Positions 48,774 to 58,348 of a DNA stretch of 64,000 nucleotides are shown here, one piece after another (the first letter of the stretch is position 1; the number at the start of each line of letters is the position of its first letter). The DNA comes from a virus. Taxonomy: Duplodnaviria; Caudoviricetes. Both the position numbers and the translations under genes were made by a program. The stretch lies in IMG/VR virus record IMGVR_UViG_3300034073_002120. One strand, given 5' to 3'. A model generated the notes under the pieces. It made no database searches, was not told where the DNA came from, and was given only the letters and a program-made list of their open reading frames with translations.

Positions 48774-51131
48774 TTAAAATGGTGTTGCGGTTTGTAATTT
48801 ACCACTTGATGAATTTGTTTTAAAAAATTTATTCATCGGGTCTTTACCATCATGCTTAGTAACCCACTTCTCATAACTCATTAAACTAACTGCATTTCCG
48901 TTTTTATAATGAACTTGTTCATAAAGTCCATCATCTTCATACTCTTTATCCATATAATATGCATTTTCATCTATTTTTGTAATATTAGATATTTTAGTTC
49001 CTGATGCTTCATTATTAGCTAAAACACTACATAACCAATCTGGATATCCCTTTCCAACATATTTCTTCTCTGCTTTTTCTTTATCCTCTGCGAATTTAGT
49101 TTGTGAAGATATAGCAATTGCAGTTAATGTTGCAGGGTCACTAGCTTGTTTAGGTGTTTCTGCAGGTTTTCCCGTATCTAATGATTTAGGTGCGGTTGTT
49201 TGTGTTGGTTGAGTTGGTGGTGTAGTTTGTTCTACTCCCTTACTATCAATCTTAACTACTGGTGTAGATGGTGTGGTTGCAGGCGTTGTTGTATTTGATG
49301 TAGTTGCTGTTGCAGGTGTTGTTACTGGGTCTTGACTTACCATTTGTGTAGAACCTGCACGTTTATTATTTATTGCTTTAGTTGCTTCTTTAGAAAGGTT
49401 TTCACCATATAATTTATCTTCATTACCAACCCACTCTACTATTTTAAATTCAAGTTGAACATCTACAATTTTAGGTAACCAGTGATTAGCTGCAGTTTCC
49501 CATGTAATATCATCTGCAATGGTATAACTTAATGAATTGATAAATCCAACTTTATCTTGATAAATGCTACCTAATGTTAATTTTATAAATGGAGCATTTA
49601 CTAATCTATTTGCACTAATTGTTGGGTATGCTTTTTTACTTAACCAATTTATTTTTTTCCACATTATATCTAATTCAGCAACATTCATGCAATAAAATTT
49701 TAAACTAAAATTTGCACTTCGTTCCACTCCACTATATGTGTAATAGTTATATGGATTACCTACAAATTTAGAACCATCCCAAGAAGGTGAAATTGTTTCA
49801 GTAAATCCTGTCATTATTGCTCTAAAAGCAACCCATTCCGATGTTTTATCACTTATACCTTTCATCTGAATTGGTATGAGGTCTCTATTTTTAGTATTAG
49901 GTCCTGCATCAAATATACCATTTACACTATCACCTTTATTAGATGTTAAACCATATTTATTTTCCAACGTTCCAAACGAACGATTAGATGTGTATGTTCT
50001 AGTAGGGTCGTTTGGCATTACTGCACCTGTTGGATTTTTTACATCAAAAAATGCATATTCTGATTTACCAAATACACCCTTTGTTTCTTTTCTATCAATT
50101 CCTTTAATTGGTGATACGAGAGATAAATCAATACGTTCGGTTACATCTTCGGTTCTATATCCATCTAATTTCTCACTATATGTAGATGCAGTTGCAGTTG
50201 TTTTCTTTGTTTTAGATTCAACAACTTTATCAATCTCAGCAGTAGATTCAGTTCCTTTTAAATTCTTTTTTAATAACGCAGTTGCATTCGATGCTGCTTG
50301 ACCTAATTTCTTTTTAGCATCTAATTGAACTTGCGTTATTTTTTTAGTAATATTAGTAGATGCACTTTCTTCAATTCCATTTACCGTCTTACTATTAAAT
50401 TTAACATTACTAATTTGTTTTGAATATGGTAAGGTAGAACTATATTCCCATGTAACACTAGCTTGTGCACCATTAGCACCTAATGAATTAGGATTACCAA
50501 AAAGTGTAGTTCTTAATTTATCTTTAACTAATGATATACCTTGTCCTAATATTTGAGTTCCCAAAGTTTTAGGATTACCACCACCAGTTTGTTTTAGGAA
50601 TTTACCAACTAATGTTCCCTTATTATCATTTTTGATTTTACTAAGGGTAATCATCGTATCTGGTTCTAATCCTTTTTGTAAATCACCAGTATTATATACG
50701 TTTGTTGGTATTAAATTAGGTGGAATACCCAATCTACTATTTACACCATCTCTTGCCTGATTTAATGACGTTACTTTACCACCAAATACAAATTTACCAA
50801 ATTTACCTTCGGTTATTTTTCCTAATCCCTTACCAATCAATCCACCATCTCCAGCAGAACCACCAGTTGCATCTTTCATCTTTTCAACTGATGATGTTGA
50901 ACGTGTTGCAATACGAATTGCTTGATTACCATATATTAAAGGATTATTAAGTTCAACTCCACTACGGAAACGAACACCCTTAAACTCTTGTTCTACCTTA
51001 GATAATTGGTCTGATTTTACACTCTTTTCTTGCGTAGAACCTTTGAATTTATCTTCAACAGGAGTTTGGTCCAATATCTTTGGATTTATATCTTTGTTTG
51101 AACCTTTAAATAATTCTAATATTGTTGGCAT
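48774..51131 (-). CDS. Tail tube initiator / baseplate protein with long extensions
   Basis: Central FRAIMTGFTETISPSW...G...YTYSGVERSANFSLKFY domain; Thr/Pro-rich linker. Confidence 0.6.
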   Translation of the reverse strand: MPTILELFKGSNKDINPKILDQTPVEDKFKGSTQEKSVKSDQLSKVEQEFKGVRFRSGVELNNPLIYGNQAIRIATRSTSSVEKMKDATGGSAGDGGLIGKGLGKITEGKFGKFVFGGKVTSLNQARDGVNSRLGIPPNLIPTNVYNTGDLQKGLEPDTMITLSKIKNDNKGTLVGKFLKQTGGGNPKTLGTQILGQGISLVKDKLRTTLFGNPNSLGANGAQASVTWEYSSTLPYSKQISNVKFNSKTVNGIEESASTNITKKITQVQLDAKKKLGQAASNATALLKKNLKGTESTAEIDKVVESKTKKTTATASTYSEKLDGYRTEDVTERIDLSLVSPIKGIDRKETKGVFGKSEYAFFDVKNPTGAVMPNDPTRTYTSNRSFGTLENKYGLTSNKGDSVNGIFDAGPNTKNRDLIPIQMKGISDKTSEWVAFRAIMTGFTETISPSWDGSKFVGNPYNYYTYSGVERSANFSLKFYCMNVAELDIMWKKINWLSKKAYPTISANRLVNAPFIKLTLGSIYQDKVGFINSLSYTIADDITWETAANHWLPKIVDVQLEFKIVEWVGNEDKLYGENLSKEATKAINNKRAGSTQMVSQDPVTTPATATTSNTTTPATTPSTPVVKIDSKGVEQTTPPTQPTQTTAPKSLDTGKPAETPKQASDPATLTAIAISSQTKFAEDKEKAEKKYVGKGYPDWLCSVLANNEASGTKISNITKIDENAYYMDKEYEDDGLYEQVHYKNGNAVSLMSYEKWVTKHDGKDPMNKFFKTNSSSGKLQTATPF

Positions 51132-51133
51132 AT

Positions 51134-53623
51134 TTACGCTCCTAATAATCCAAATCTATTTTGTGAACTTTTTTCTGATGTTTTTACTACTGCAGATGAA
51201 ACTTTTTCTCTATCCATATATACATCTCTATTTTGAGATACTGCCTGTATCATTTCATCCATTTTATTTACTAATGCAGAAATATCAATTCCACCACCAC
51301 CTCCTACTGCATTTGCTAATCCTTGAGGGTTTTTAGTTGCTATTAAATAATCTTCGGGTGATGTAGAAATTACACTACCATTTTGCATTACACCATCGTT
51401 TACACTTTGGGTAGGAGTTTGACCTGCTGATTCCGGTGCACCTCCACCGAAAATTGAACCAACACTTTGAATGACACTACCAATTCCACCTACAAAATTA
51501 TTTATAGGGTCTATTAAATTTTCATGCATCCATTGACCTAAACTTTCAAATATAGTAAAGAATCCTTCTACATAATCCATTATGGTATTAAACATTGCTA
51601 CAAATGGTTTATACATAAATGATAATATACCATCACCTATTTGTGTTAATCCACCTATAAAATCACCTTTAAATAATTTTACAACTCCACCAATTATATC
51701 AAAAACTCCACTAAGTGCGGCAACAACTGTTTCTATTGCAAGAACTACTGGACCATAAAATAATGATGTAATAAATCCAATTACCTCACCAATCTGTTCA
51801 AATATATCAAATAATCCAGTAGATGGGCCCATCAATTTAGATATTGGTGCGAATGCTTTAGATATATGGTCAAATATACTATTTATGATTGTCATAAATG
51901 GTTTTAAGAATCCAACAATTAATCCACCAACTATTTGCATAATTGGTCCTAATGCTTTCATTATTGTCATTCCAATTGGCATGAAAGACATTAATATATC
52001 ATTTCCAATAGCTGCAAGTTGATTACCTGCATTATCGAATTCTGATTGCATTTCTTTTTGTTTTGCTAATTTTTCAGTTTGTACTGCTAAATCTGCGGAA
52101 TTCATTTTACTTATATCACCACCGGTCTTAAGCACTTCCATTGCAGTTGCCAATTCCTTTTCAGATAATTTACCAAATCGTTCTCTAATTCTTTGTTGAT
52201 TTACCAAATCATCATATGACATACCTGTTGCTTTTGCAAGTGCTTCTTGCTCATAGGTATTTAATTTAGATATATCACCAATTGCTGCAACTTCATCTAA
52301 AACTGCTTGCTGTGATTCCAATATCTTTCCATTGGCTGCTAAATAACGTGCCTGACCTAAATTAATATTAGTTCCTAATAATGCACTTGCTTCTAATTCT
52401 GCAGTAATACTATTTTGAAAATCTAATAACCCATCTGCAACTTTACCAGCTTGACCAATTGATGTTCCTAATTTTGCTGCTTGAACTGCTGCTTTAGCAA
52501 GTGCTTCAGGCGAACCATTAAAGTATTTATATGCATATTCGGAATTTTCCGCCATATCTTTAATAACTTGTTGTGGTGCAACATTAGCAAGTTTTGCCAT
52601 TGATACTGTCTGACCAACTAAGTATTGAGATTGTTCTGCGGATAACCCACCTATATTTTGAAATATTTTATTTAATTTAGCACCTTCTTGAACACCTATA
52701 CCAAAGTTTTTATTCAGAGTCATCATAGATGTCAATACTTCATCTGAAGCCATCTCTATACCACCGAATTCATTAGTGAATGTTGCTGCACTTTTTGAAA
52801 TATCTTCTAATGATGCACCCAATGCAGAAGTTTTACCCAACACACTAACCATTTGTTTATCTAATCCAGCAGTTTGTGAATTTAATAAACCAGTTTCTTC
52901 TCTAAATGCTTTTGCTGCTGAGGCTACTTTGTAAAAAGCAAGAACTCCTACTGCTGCTACTGCTGCTATAGCAATTGCTGCTGCTGTATATGGGTTTGAT
53001 AATAATGGACCTAATGTTTTTGATAATTGACCAAATCCGGCAGTCATACCAGATGAAAATGATTTTATAAACCCTTTTTTTTGTTGTAAATTTCTAGTAA
53101 ACATTACACTAAATCCACGTGTAAAATCATTACCCATTTTAGTAATACCACCTTTTATACTATCGTATGGTATTAAACTATCAAATACTTTACCTAATAC
53201 TGGTATTTCCGAAATAGATGATTTTAATGAATCTATAGCATCATTAATACCTTCGGTTACATTTTCTGCAGATGCTGCTACTTGTTTCACAATATCACGT
53301 CTACGCATTTCTATTTGTAGAGCTTGTTGTGCAAATTTATTTTGTTCTAATAATTCTTGTTTTATATCAGAATTAATTCCCCAATTCTGTTTTAATATAG
53401 TACCTTCTCTATTTTTAAGTTTATTTAACGCACCTTGAATATCACCAGTTTCTTCGGTAGTCTTTAAAATAGCAGTTGTTAAATCAACTTCTTTATTTAA
53501 TGCATCAAAATGTCTTTCAGATTGGAGTGCAATAGTATCCATAGCCTTACCAATTGATTTGGTAAGGTATTCCATTTCTTTTAACTCTTGGTTCTGAATT
53601 GAAAATTCTGGTCTTTTTGCCAT
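51134..53623 (-). CDS. Tape measure protein
   Basis: 829 aa, Ala-rich helical with periodic aromatic repeats; located between the chaperone genes and the baseplate. Confidence 0.85.
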   Translation of the reverse strand: MAKRPEFSIQNQELKEMEYLTKSIGKAMDTIALQSERHFDALNKEVDLTTAILKTTEETGDIQGALNKLKNREGTILKQNWGINSDIKQELLEQNKFAQQALQIEMRRRDIVKQVAASAENVTEGINDAIDSLKSSISEIPVLGKVFDSLIPYDSIKGGITKMGNDFTRGFSVMFTRNLQQKKGFIKSFSSGMTAGFGQLSKTLGPLLSNPYTAAAIAIAAVAAVGVLAFYKVASAAKAFREETGLLNSQTAGLDKQMVSVLGKTSALGASLEDISKSAATFTNEFGGIEMASDEVLTSMMTLNKNFGIGVQEGAKLNKIFQNIGGLSAEQSQYLVGQTVSMAKLANVAPQQVIKDMAENSEYAYKYFNGSPEALAKAAVQAAKLGTSIGQAGKVADGLLDFQNSITAELEASALLGTNINLGQARYLAANGKILESQQAVLDEVAAIGDISKLNTYEQEALAKATGMSYDDLVNQQRIRERFGKLSEKELATAMEVLKTGGDISKMNSADLAVQTEKLAKQKEMQSEFDNAGNQLAAIGNDILMSFMPIGMTIMKALGPIMQIVGGLIVGFLKPFMTIINSIFDHISKAFAPISKLMGPSTGLFDIFEQIGEVIGFITSLFYGPVVLAIETVVAALSGVFDIIGGVVKLFKGDFIGGLTQIGDGILSFMYKPFVAMFNTIMDYVEGFFTIFESLGQWMHENLIDPINNFVGGIGSVIQSVGSIFGGGAPESAGQTPTQSVNDGVMQNGSVISTSPEDYLIATKNPQGLANAVGGGGGIDISALVNKMDEMIQAVSQNRDVYMDREKVSSAVVKTSEKSSQNRFGLLGA

Positions 53624-53626
53624 TTA

Positions 53627-53869
53627 TTATAAATACCTCTTTAAATATTGCGGAACTTCAACACCTCGTTCTTCTGCTTTTTTTGCAAAATCTCGAATCT
53701 TATCTAACTCAACATCGGCTGATTTTAAAGCACTTAATAAATTAGTATTATTACTTAATTTATTTTTTAATATTTTTTTAAAAATTGTAGCTAAAAATCC
53801 AACTTCTACTAACTTATGTTTTTTTTGAATTTCTTTAAATAATTTTTTACTATTTTCGGTTATTTTCAT
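53627..53869 (-). CDS. Hypothetical protein (start moved to MKITEN)
   Basis: GGAG 5 nt upstream of the ATG at 53869; late motif at 53890. Confidence 0.65.
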   Translation of the reverse strand: MKITENSKKLFKEIQKKHKLVEVGFLATIFKKILKNKLSNNTNLLSALKSADVELDKIRDFAKKAEERGVEVPQYLKRYL

Positions 53870-53912
53870 GTATTCTCCAATTATACTACTATAAATATAG
53901 AGCATAAAAAAA

Positions 53913-53933
53913 GTGAGGAAATTATTTCCTCAC
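53913..53933 (-). terminator. Intrinsic terminator
   Basis: GTGAGGAAA / TTTCCTCAC stem, followed by a T7 run on the minus strand. Confidence 0.8.
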
Positions 53934-54119
53934 ATTTATATTTGGTCCTCTTGCTTGAGTTGTAGGTTTTTGTGCTTTTTTATTATTTTCTACTTCTTTC
54001 TTTTTGGCCTCTATTAACTCATTATAATAAAAGTTTCTTAAATGAACTGGTAATCTATATACATCCATTTGTGTAAATCCATTGCCATAATAACATAATT
54101 CAAAAATTTGTTTATGCAA
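53922..54119 (-). CDS. Tail assembly chaperone C-terminal (T-like) frame, probably reached by frameshift
   Basis: Only a TTG start; the frame is open back to the GGG-T7 run at 54147-54156. Confidence 0.65.
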   Translation of the reverse strand: MHKQIFELCYYGNGFTQMDVYRLPVHLRNFYYNELIEAKKKEVENNKKAQKPTTQARGPNINVRK

Positions 54120-54132
54120 GATGACGGAGTAA

Positions 54133-54891
54133 TTACTCGGCAGGCCAAAAAAACCCTACACCCATCGTAATTGGGCGTACCTCCGTTTCTCCCGTTATTG
54201 GGTTTTCATAATCAAATTCCATCTTAACATCAGGAGTTAAATCTTTTAAATATTCTCTAAAAGCCTTAGTATCTCTAGTTAAGAAACGATTGTTGATAAA
54301 ATCTACAATAGTACGAGAATCAGATTTACCATCTACTGATGTAATCATATAACGATAACGAGTAGTCAATTCAGATGAACCTGCATTTTTATTTAGACGT
54401 TGCATTGCTTTAACATCTGCATCAATTGCTTTCTCATCACCATGTGTAAGTATTTTGAATTCAATTTCCGTATTTGTAGTTGGTGTTTTAAACTTATAAC
54501 GATTATCTCTATTTAATTTATTTACATCAACTTCCTTCGTTTGAACTTTTGATAAATCTACTGAAATTTCTTCGGTTTCACCATCATCGGTTGTAAGTTC
54601 AAATTTATATTGTGAACCATATCCTAAAATACGTGTTGCTAACATAATAGCGTTTTTATCACCTAAAATAATATCATCTACATTAATTGATTTATCAACT
54701 ATGATAGATTCAAATAATTTATCTAATACAATACCTTTTTTAATCAAATTTTGTGAAGTAAGGATTTCTTCTTCCTTAGCTGTCATATATTTGATTTCAA
54801 TTGTACCTTTTGATAATGGATTTGATTCTGGATAGCATTTACCTTCCGATGGTAATGTTATAACTTCTGTTGGAAATGTATTTTCACTCAT
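54133..54891 (-). CDS. Tail assembly chaperone / gp26-like baseplate hub assembly protein
   Basis: EVITLPSEG..YP, YMTAKEEEIL, GD.NAI..A.RILGYG; directly after the tail tube; ends GFFWP. Confidence 0.75.
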   Translation of the reverse strand: MSENTFPTEVITLPSEGKCYPESNPLSKGTIEIKYMTAKEEEILTSQNLIKKGIVLDKLFESIIVDKSINVDDIILGDKNAIMLATRILGYGSQYKFELTTDDGETEEISVDLSKVQTKEVDVNKLNRDNRYKFKTPTTNTEIEFKILTHGDEKAIDADVKAMQRLNKNAGSSELTTRYRYMITSVDGKSDSRTIVDFINNRFLTRDTKAFREYLKDLTPDVKMEFDYENPITGETEVRPITMGVGFFWPAE

Positions 54892-54919
54892 ATTATTAAC
54901 CTTTATTTTGTTATTTGTA

Positions 54920-54928
54920 TATAAATAT
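54920..54928 (-). promoter_or_regulatory. Putative phage late promoter motif ATAYTTATW (representative copy)
   Basis: The same motif lies 15-40 nt upstream of many structural genes: 32737, 40234, 45581, 53890, 55515, 57953, 58314, 59635, 63068, 63738. Confidence 0.55.
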
Positions 54929-54951
54929 ATAATTTACAAAAAGTTATAAAA

Positions 54952-54975
54952 AAAGGAGATATTTCTATCTCCTTT
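54952..54975 (-). terminator. Intrinsic terminator after the tail tube
   Basis: AAAGGAGATA / TATCTCCTTT stem with a 4-nt loop and a T-run. Confidence 0.8.
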
Positions 54976-54999
54976 CTTATTTTTATTCTTAACTTTATA

Positions 55000-55491
55000 T
55001 TAGAATTCTAAGATTGCATAATCATATGCCAACGTTAATGTAATATCAGCAGGGTCTGTTGCATTTGACCAATCTAAATCGTTGAAAGTTGCGTTTAAGA
55101 TAAATGCACCTTTGATTTTCCATTGCTCAATTTTATCACCTACTGGTCCTAACATATAGATGTCAACATCTTTTTTGTAGAAATCGGCATATCCATCACG
55201 ACCTGTTAAAGATTCATGTGATAAACGAACCCACTCCATCACCGCTTGTGCACCAGATGGAACAATTGGGTCAAATAAAGTGATTTCAATATCTTGCCAA
55301 GTCCCTTTTCCTTTTAACTTTCTTTTTACGTTAATATGGTTTAATTCAACTGCTTCGAATTGAATTGAAGGTCTATTTGCTGTTTTGATAAGATATGAAG
55401 GAATACCATCGATTTCCATGATGAAACGATGTTTCATCTTTGGTTCGAAATTGGTGTAGAACATCTCGTTAAATTCTAATACTTCTGCCAT
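55000..55491 (-). CDS. gp19: Tail tube protein (T4 gp19-like)
   Basis: KGKGTWQDIEITLFDP, W...G.YK.D..I..LGP.G...W...GAF. Confidence 0.9.
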   Translation of the reverse strand: MAEVLEFNEMFYTNFEPKMKHRFIMEIDGIPSYLIKTANRPSIQFEAVELNHINVKRKLKGKGTWQDIEITLFDPIVPSGAQAVMEWVRLSHESLTGRDGYADFYKKDVDIYMLGPVGDKIEQWKIKGAFILNATFNDLDWSNATDPADITLTLAYDYAILEF

Positions 55492-55547
55492 TTTTATTTT
55501 TCTCCTATTATACTAATAAATATAATGTTTCTCTTTTTTTTAATTTT

Positions 55548-57914
55548 TTACGCTGAGAATGATGCTCCTGTTGGTAAGATGTTGAAATCTAATACGATAA
55601 ATTCAGCTGTTTTAGTAGGTTGTAAGAAAATTTGACCTGCTAAGATGTTTCTATCGATTACATCAGGAGTGTTGTTTGATTCATCCATCACTACTCTAAA
55701 TGCATATAAACCTTGTCTTTGTTGGATTCCCTCCAAATATGGATTTACAGTATTTAAGAATCTTGAACGTGTTGTTGCTGTATTTTGTTCGAACACTAAG
55801 TATCTTGATGTAGAAGCGATATACTTCTTAACTTTGATAAGTAATCTTCTTACGTTAATTCTATCTAATGCAGATGATTTTTCTTGTAAGGTTTTCTGTC
55901 CGAATGCCACAATACCCTCACCAGGGAAAGAAGCGATTGGATTTACTTTACCTTCATATAATTCATCTCTTTCAGAATGTGTTAATCTATTCAATACTGA
56001 AACTGCTCCAACGATTCCACCTCTATTCAAACCTGCTGGTGCGAACCATTCTGCTGCAACTGCATCGTTTGCTGCGTATATACCTGGCATCAATACTGAT
56101 GGTGGTACTGCAGTTAATTTATTGGTGTTTCTATCGATTGTTTTAACCCACGGGTAGTAAGTACCAACATAGTTAGAATCAACGTTTCCTGCCTGCTCTA
56201 CTGCCTGAGAAATAGTATCGTTTACTGATGTTACATCACCGATGAAGAATACATCTTCTCTATTCTCACACATTTCAGAAATATAATCGAATACATAAGA
56301 GTGTAATCTACGAACTACACCAGGTGCTGCGATTAAGTTAATATCGAAATCATCTGGATTAGAAATAGCATCGATTGCTTTTTTGTATGCAACTGAACCA
56401 CTTGCGATTGAAGTAGCTAAATCAAATCCTTGTGAGTTTCCTTCACTTAAATCAGTTCCTTTGTCAATTGTTCTTGTTGGAGTTACACCATCAAATCCAC
56501 CTTGAAAACCTACTATAAATTGTCTTTTAGCGATATCAGTTGAGCTTGAACCAGTCAATTCATATCCTAAGTTAATTGTAGATACTGAACCACTTACTAT
56601 TGCAGTTACTGCTGCATCAAATGCGAAGATACTATCTGCAGATGCGTTAGCAGGAATTGGTTTTAAGTATTGGTTGTTGTTTATCTTAATTGTTGTAGAT
56701 TCTAAATCAATACCAGAAAACTTAGTTGTAGATGAAGAAGTATTTACTGCAGAACCAGTTGAATAAATCACTGCAGGGATATTTGAACCTTCAATTGGTG
56801 TATCATATCCAGCGTGACCAAATGGACCAGCGATGATTGGGAATGAACCTTCTTCTTTTACTTCTACTCTAATGAACTTAGAACGATTTGCATAATCACC
56901 AGTTTCGTTTTGTTTACCATTTGCATCTATTGTTACATCTCTATCACCAATTACTTTAGCGATATAGTTTGGAGATGCCGGGTCTAAGTTTACATTATTA
57001 TATGTTTCTAATACCGTCTTCTTCTTATCAGTATCTGCAAAACCACGAACTGTCACAGTAAATGTAGCGTAATCAGTTGCTGCAGATTCACCTGCTGCTT
57101 TTACGTTTGAAATACCGATTTTGTATTCAGTATTGTATGGGTTACCATCACCTAATGTGTGGAAACGGAATAAATCATGTCTTTCACCACTAATCAATTG
57201 AGATTTGATGAATGGAGTAGATGCATACGATGGGCCATCAGTAGCAGAGAATTCTTGTGTATTCAATTGAACTAATGATAAAGATGCAGAACCTGCACTT
57301 AAATAAGCCGCTAAATCCGTTGCTGTTTTCTCAAAGTATGTGTAAGTGTATGCTTTTTTAGTTCCGAATGGTGATTCACCAAATACATCACTAATATCAT
57401 TACCATCTGCAGGTGCAATAGAAACCGAACCACTATATGCGATTGATGAACCACTAATAGTGAATAATGAATCTGTACCACTTCCTTCGGTGAATACTAA
57501 TGATGCCGTTGCAAATCCAATATCGATTGAACCAGATTTTGTAGCATGTAAAGTAGCAATTAAGTGTGAACTACCACTAGCGTATATTCCAGATGCTGAA
57601 CCTGATATTAAAGTTGCTTTAATACCAATCGGTGCAACTTGAGAATATCCACCAACGTGTCCAACACGAACAATAGTCACTGTCCCTGCTTCTCTTAAAT
57701 AATTTTGAACTGCATATCCTGTATAGTATGTTCCATCAGGTGTGCCGAATATTTCCTCAAATTCTGATTGTGTATTAACCACAGTTGGTAAGAACGCCGG
57801 TCCTTTAGCAAAAGGTCCTACTATTGCTGCTCCTATTTCTCCAATTCCCTGTGCTAAGAATGAAAGGTCATTTTCTCTTGTGAATACACCAGGTGATACA
57901 ATCTTTTCTGCCAT
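55548..57914 (-). CDS. gp18: Contractile tail sheath protein (T4 gp18-like)
   Basis: SPGVFTREND, YYPWV, WFAPAGLNRG, GQKTL...RINVRRL, PTKTAEFI. Confidence 0.95.
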   Translation of the reverse strand: MAEKIVSPGVFTRENDLSFLAQGIGEIGAAIVGPFAKGPAFLPTVVNTQSEFEEIFGTPDGTYYTGYAVQNYLREAGTVTIVRVGHVGGYSQVAPIGIKATLISGSASGIYASGSSHLIATLHATKSGSIDIGFATASLVFTEGSGTDSLFTISGSSIAYSGSVSIAPADGNDISDVFGESPFGTKKAYTYTYFEKTATDLAAYLSAGSASLSLVQLNTQEFSATDGPSYASTPFIKSQLISGERHDLFRFHTLGDGNPYNTEYKIGISNVKAAGESAATDYATFTVTVRGFADTDKKKTVLETYNNVNLDPASPNYIAKVIGDRDVTIDANGKQNETGDYANRSKFIRVEVKEEGSFPIIAGPFGHAGYDTPIEGSNIPAVIYSTGSAVNTSSSTTKFSGIDLESTTIKINNNQYLKPIPANASADSIFAFDAAVTAIVSGSVSTINLGYELTGSSSTDIAKRQFIVGFQGGFDGVTPTRTIDKGTDLSEGNSQGFDLATSIASGSVAYKKAIDAISNPDDFDINLIAAPGVVRRLHSYVFDYISEMCENREDVFFIGDVTSVNDTISQAVEQAGNVDSNYVGTYYPWVKTIDRNTNKLTAVPPSVLMPGIYAANDAVAAEWFAPAGLNRGGIVGAVSVLNRLTHSERDELYEGKVNPIASFPGEGIVAFGQKTLQEKSSALDRINVRRLLIKVKKYIASTSRYLVFEQNTATTRSRFLNTVNPYLEGIQQRQGLYAFRVVMDESNNTPDVIDRNILAGQIFLQPTKTAEFIVLDFNILPTGASFSA

Positions 57915-58009
57915 TTTATTTACTCCTAATTAAAGTTTTGTAATGATACACATATAAGTATAAATTACTTTTTGTAAAGTGTTATTTTTTAATACGCGTA
58001 ACTATGATA

Positions 58010-58279
58010 TTATTTTTGAATTGGGGTGAATATTCCAGTATTTGGGTCATAATCACCATCTCCATATTTTTCGTTTAACCCTTTGAATAGGGAATCTTCT
58101 TTTGCAACTAATTCAGTATATTTGTTTAATAAGTCAGTTTCGTTTTGTTCTAACTCTTCTAAACGTTTCTTTTTTTCAATCTGAATTTGTCCTAATTGAG
58201 TGAAAACTGAACCAACTTCAAATCTTAAATTGTTGATTTCTTTGATTTCCTCTTCCGTAAACTTAATTTGTTCTTCCAT
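58010..58279 (-). CDS. Small coiled-coil hypothetical protein
   Basis: 89 aa, acidic heptads. Confidence 0.65.
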   Translation of the reverse strand: MEEQIKFTEEEIKEINNLRFEVGSVFTQLGQIQIEKKKRLEELEQNETDLLNKYTELVAKEDSLFKGLNEKYGDGDYDPNTGIFTPIQK

Positions 58280-58348
58280 TTTGATATATTATTTTGATTT
58301 TAATAATTGTATATATAAATATATCAAAAGTTCGGAAACGTAATTTTA

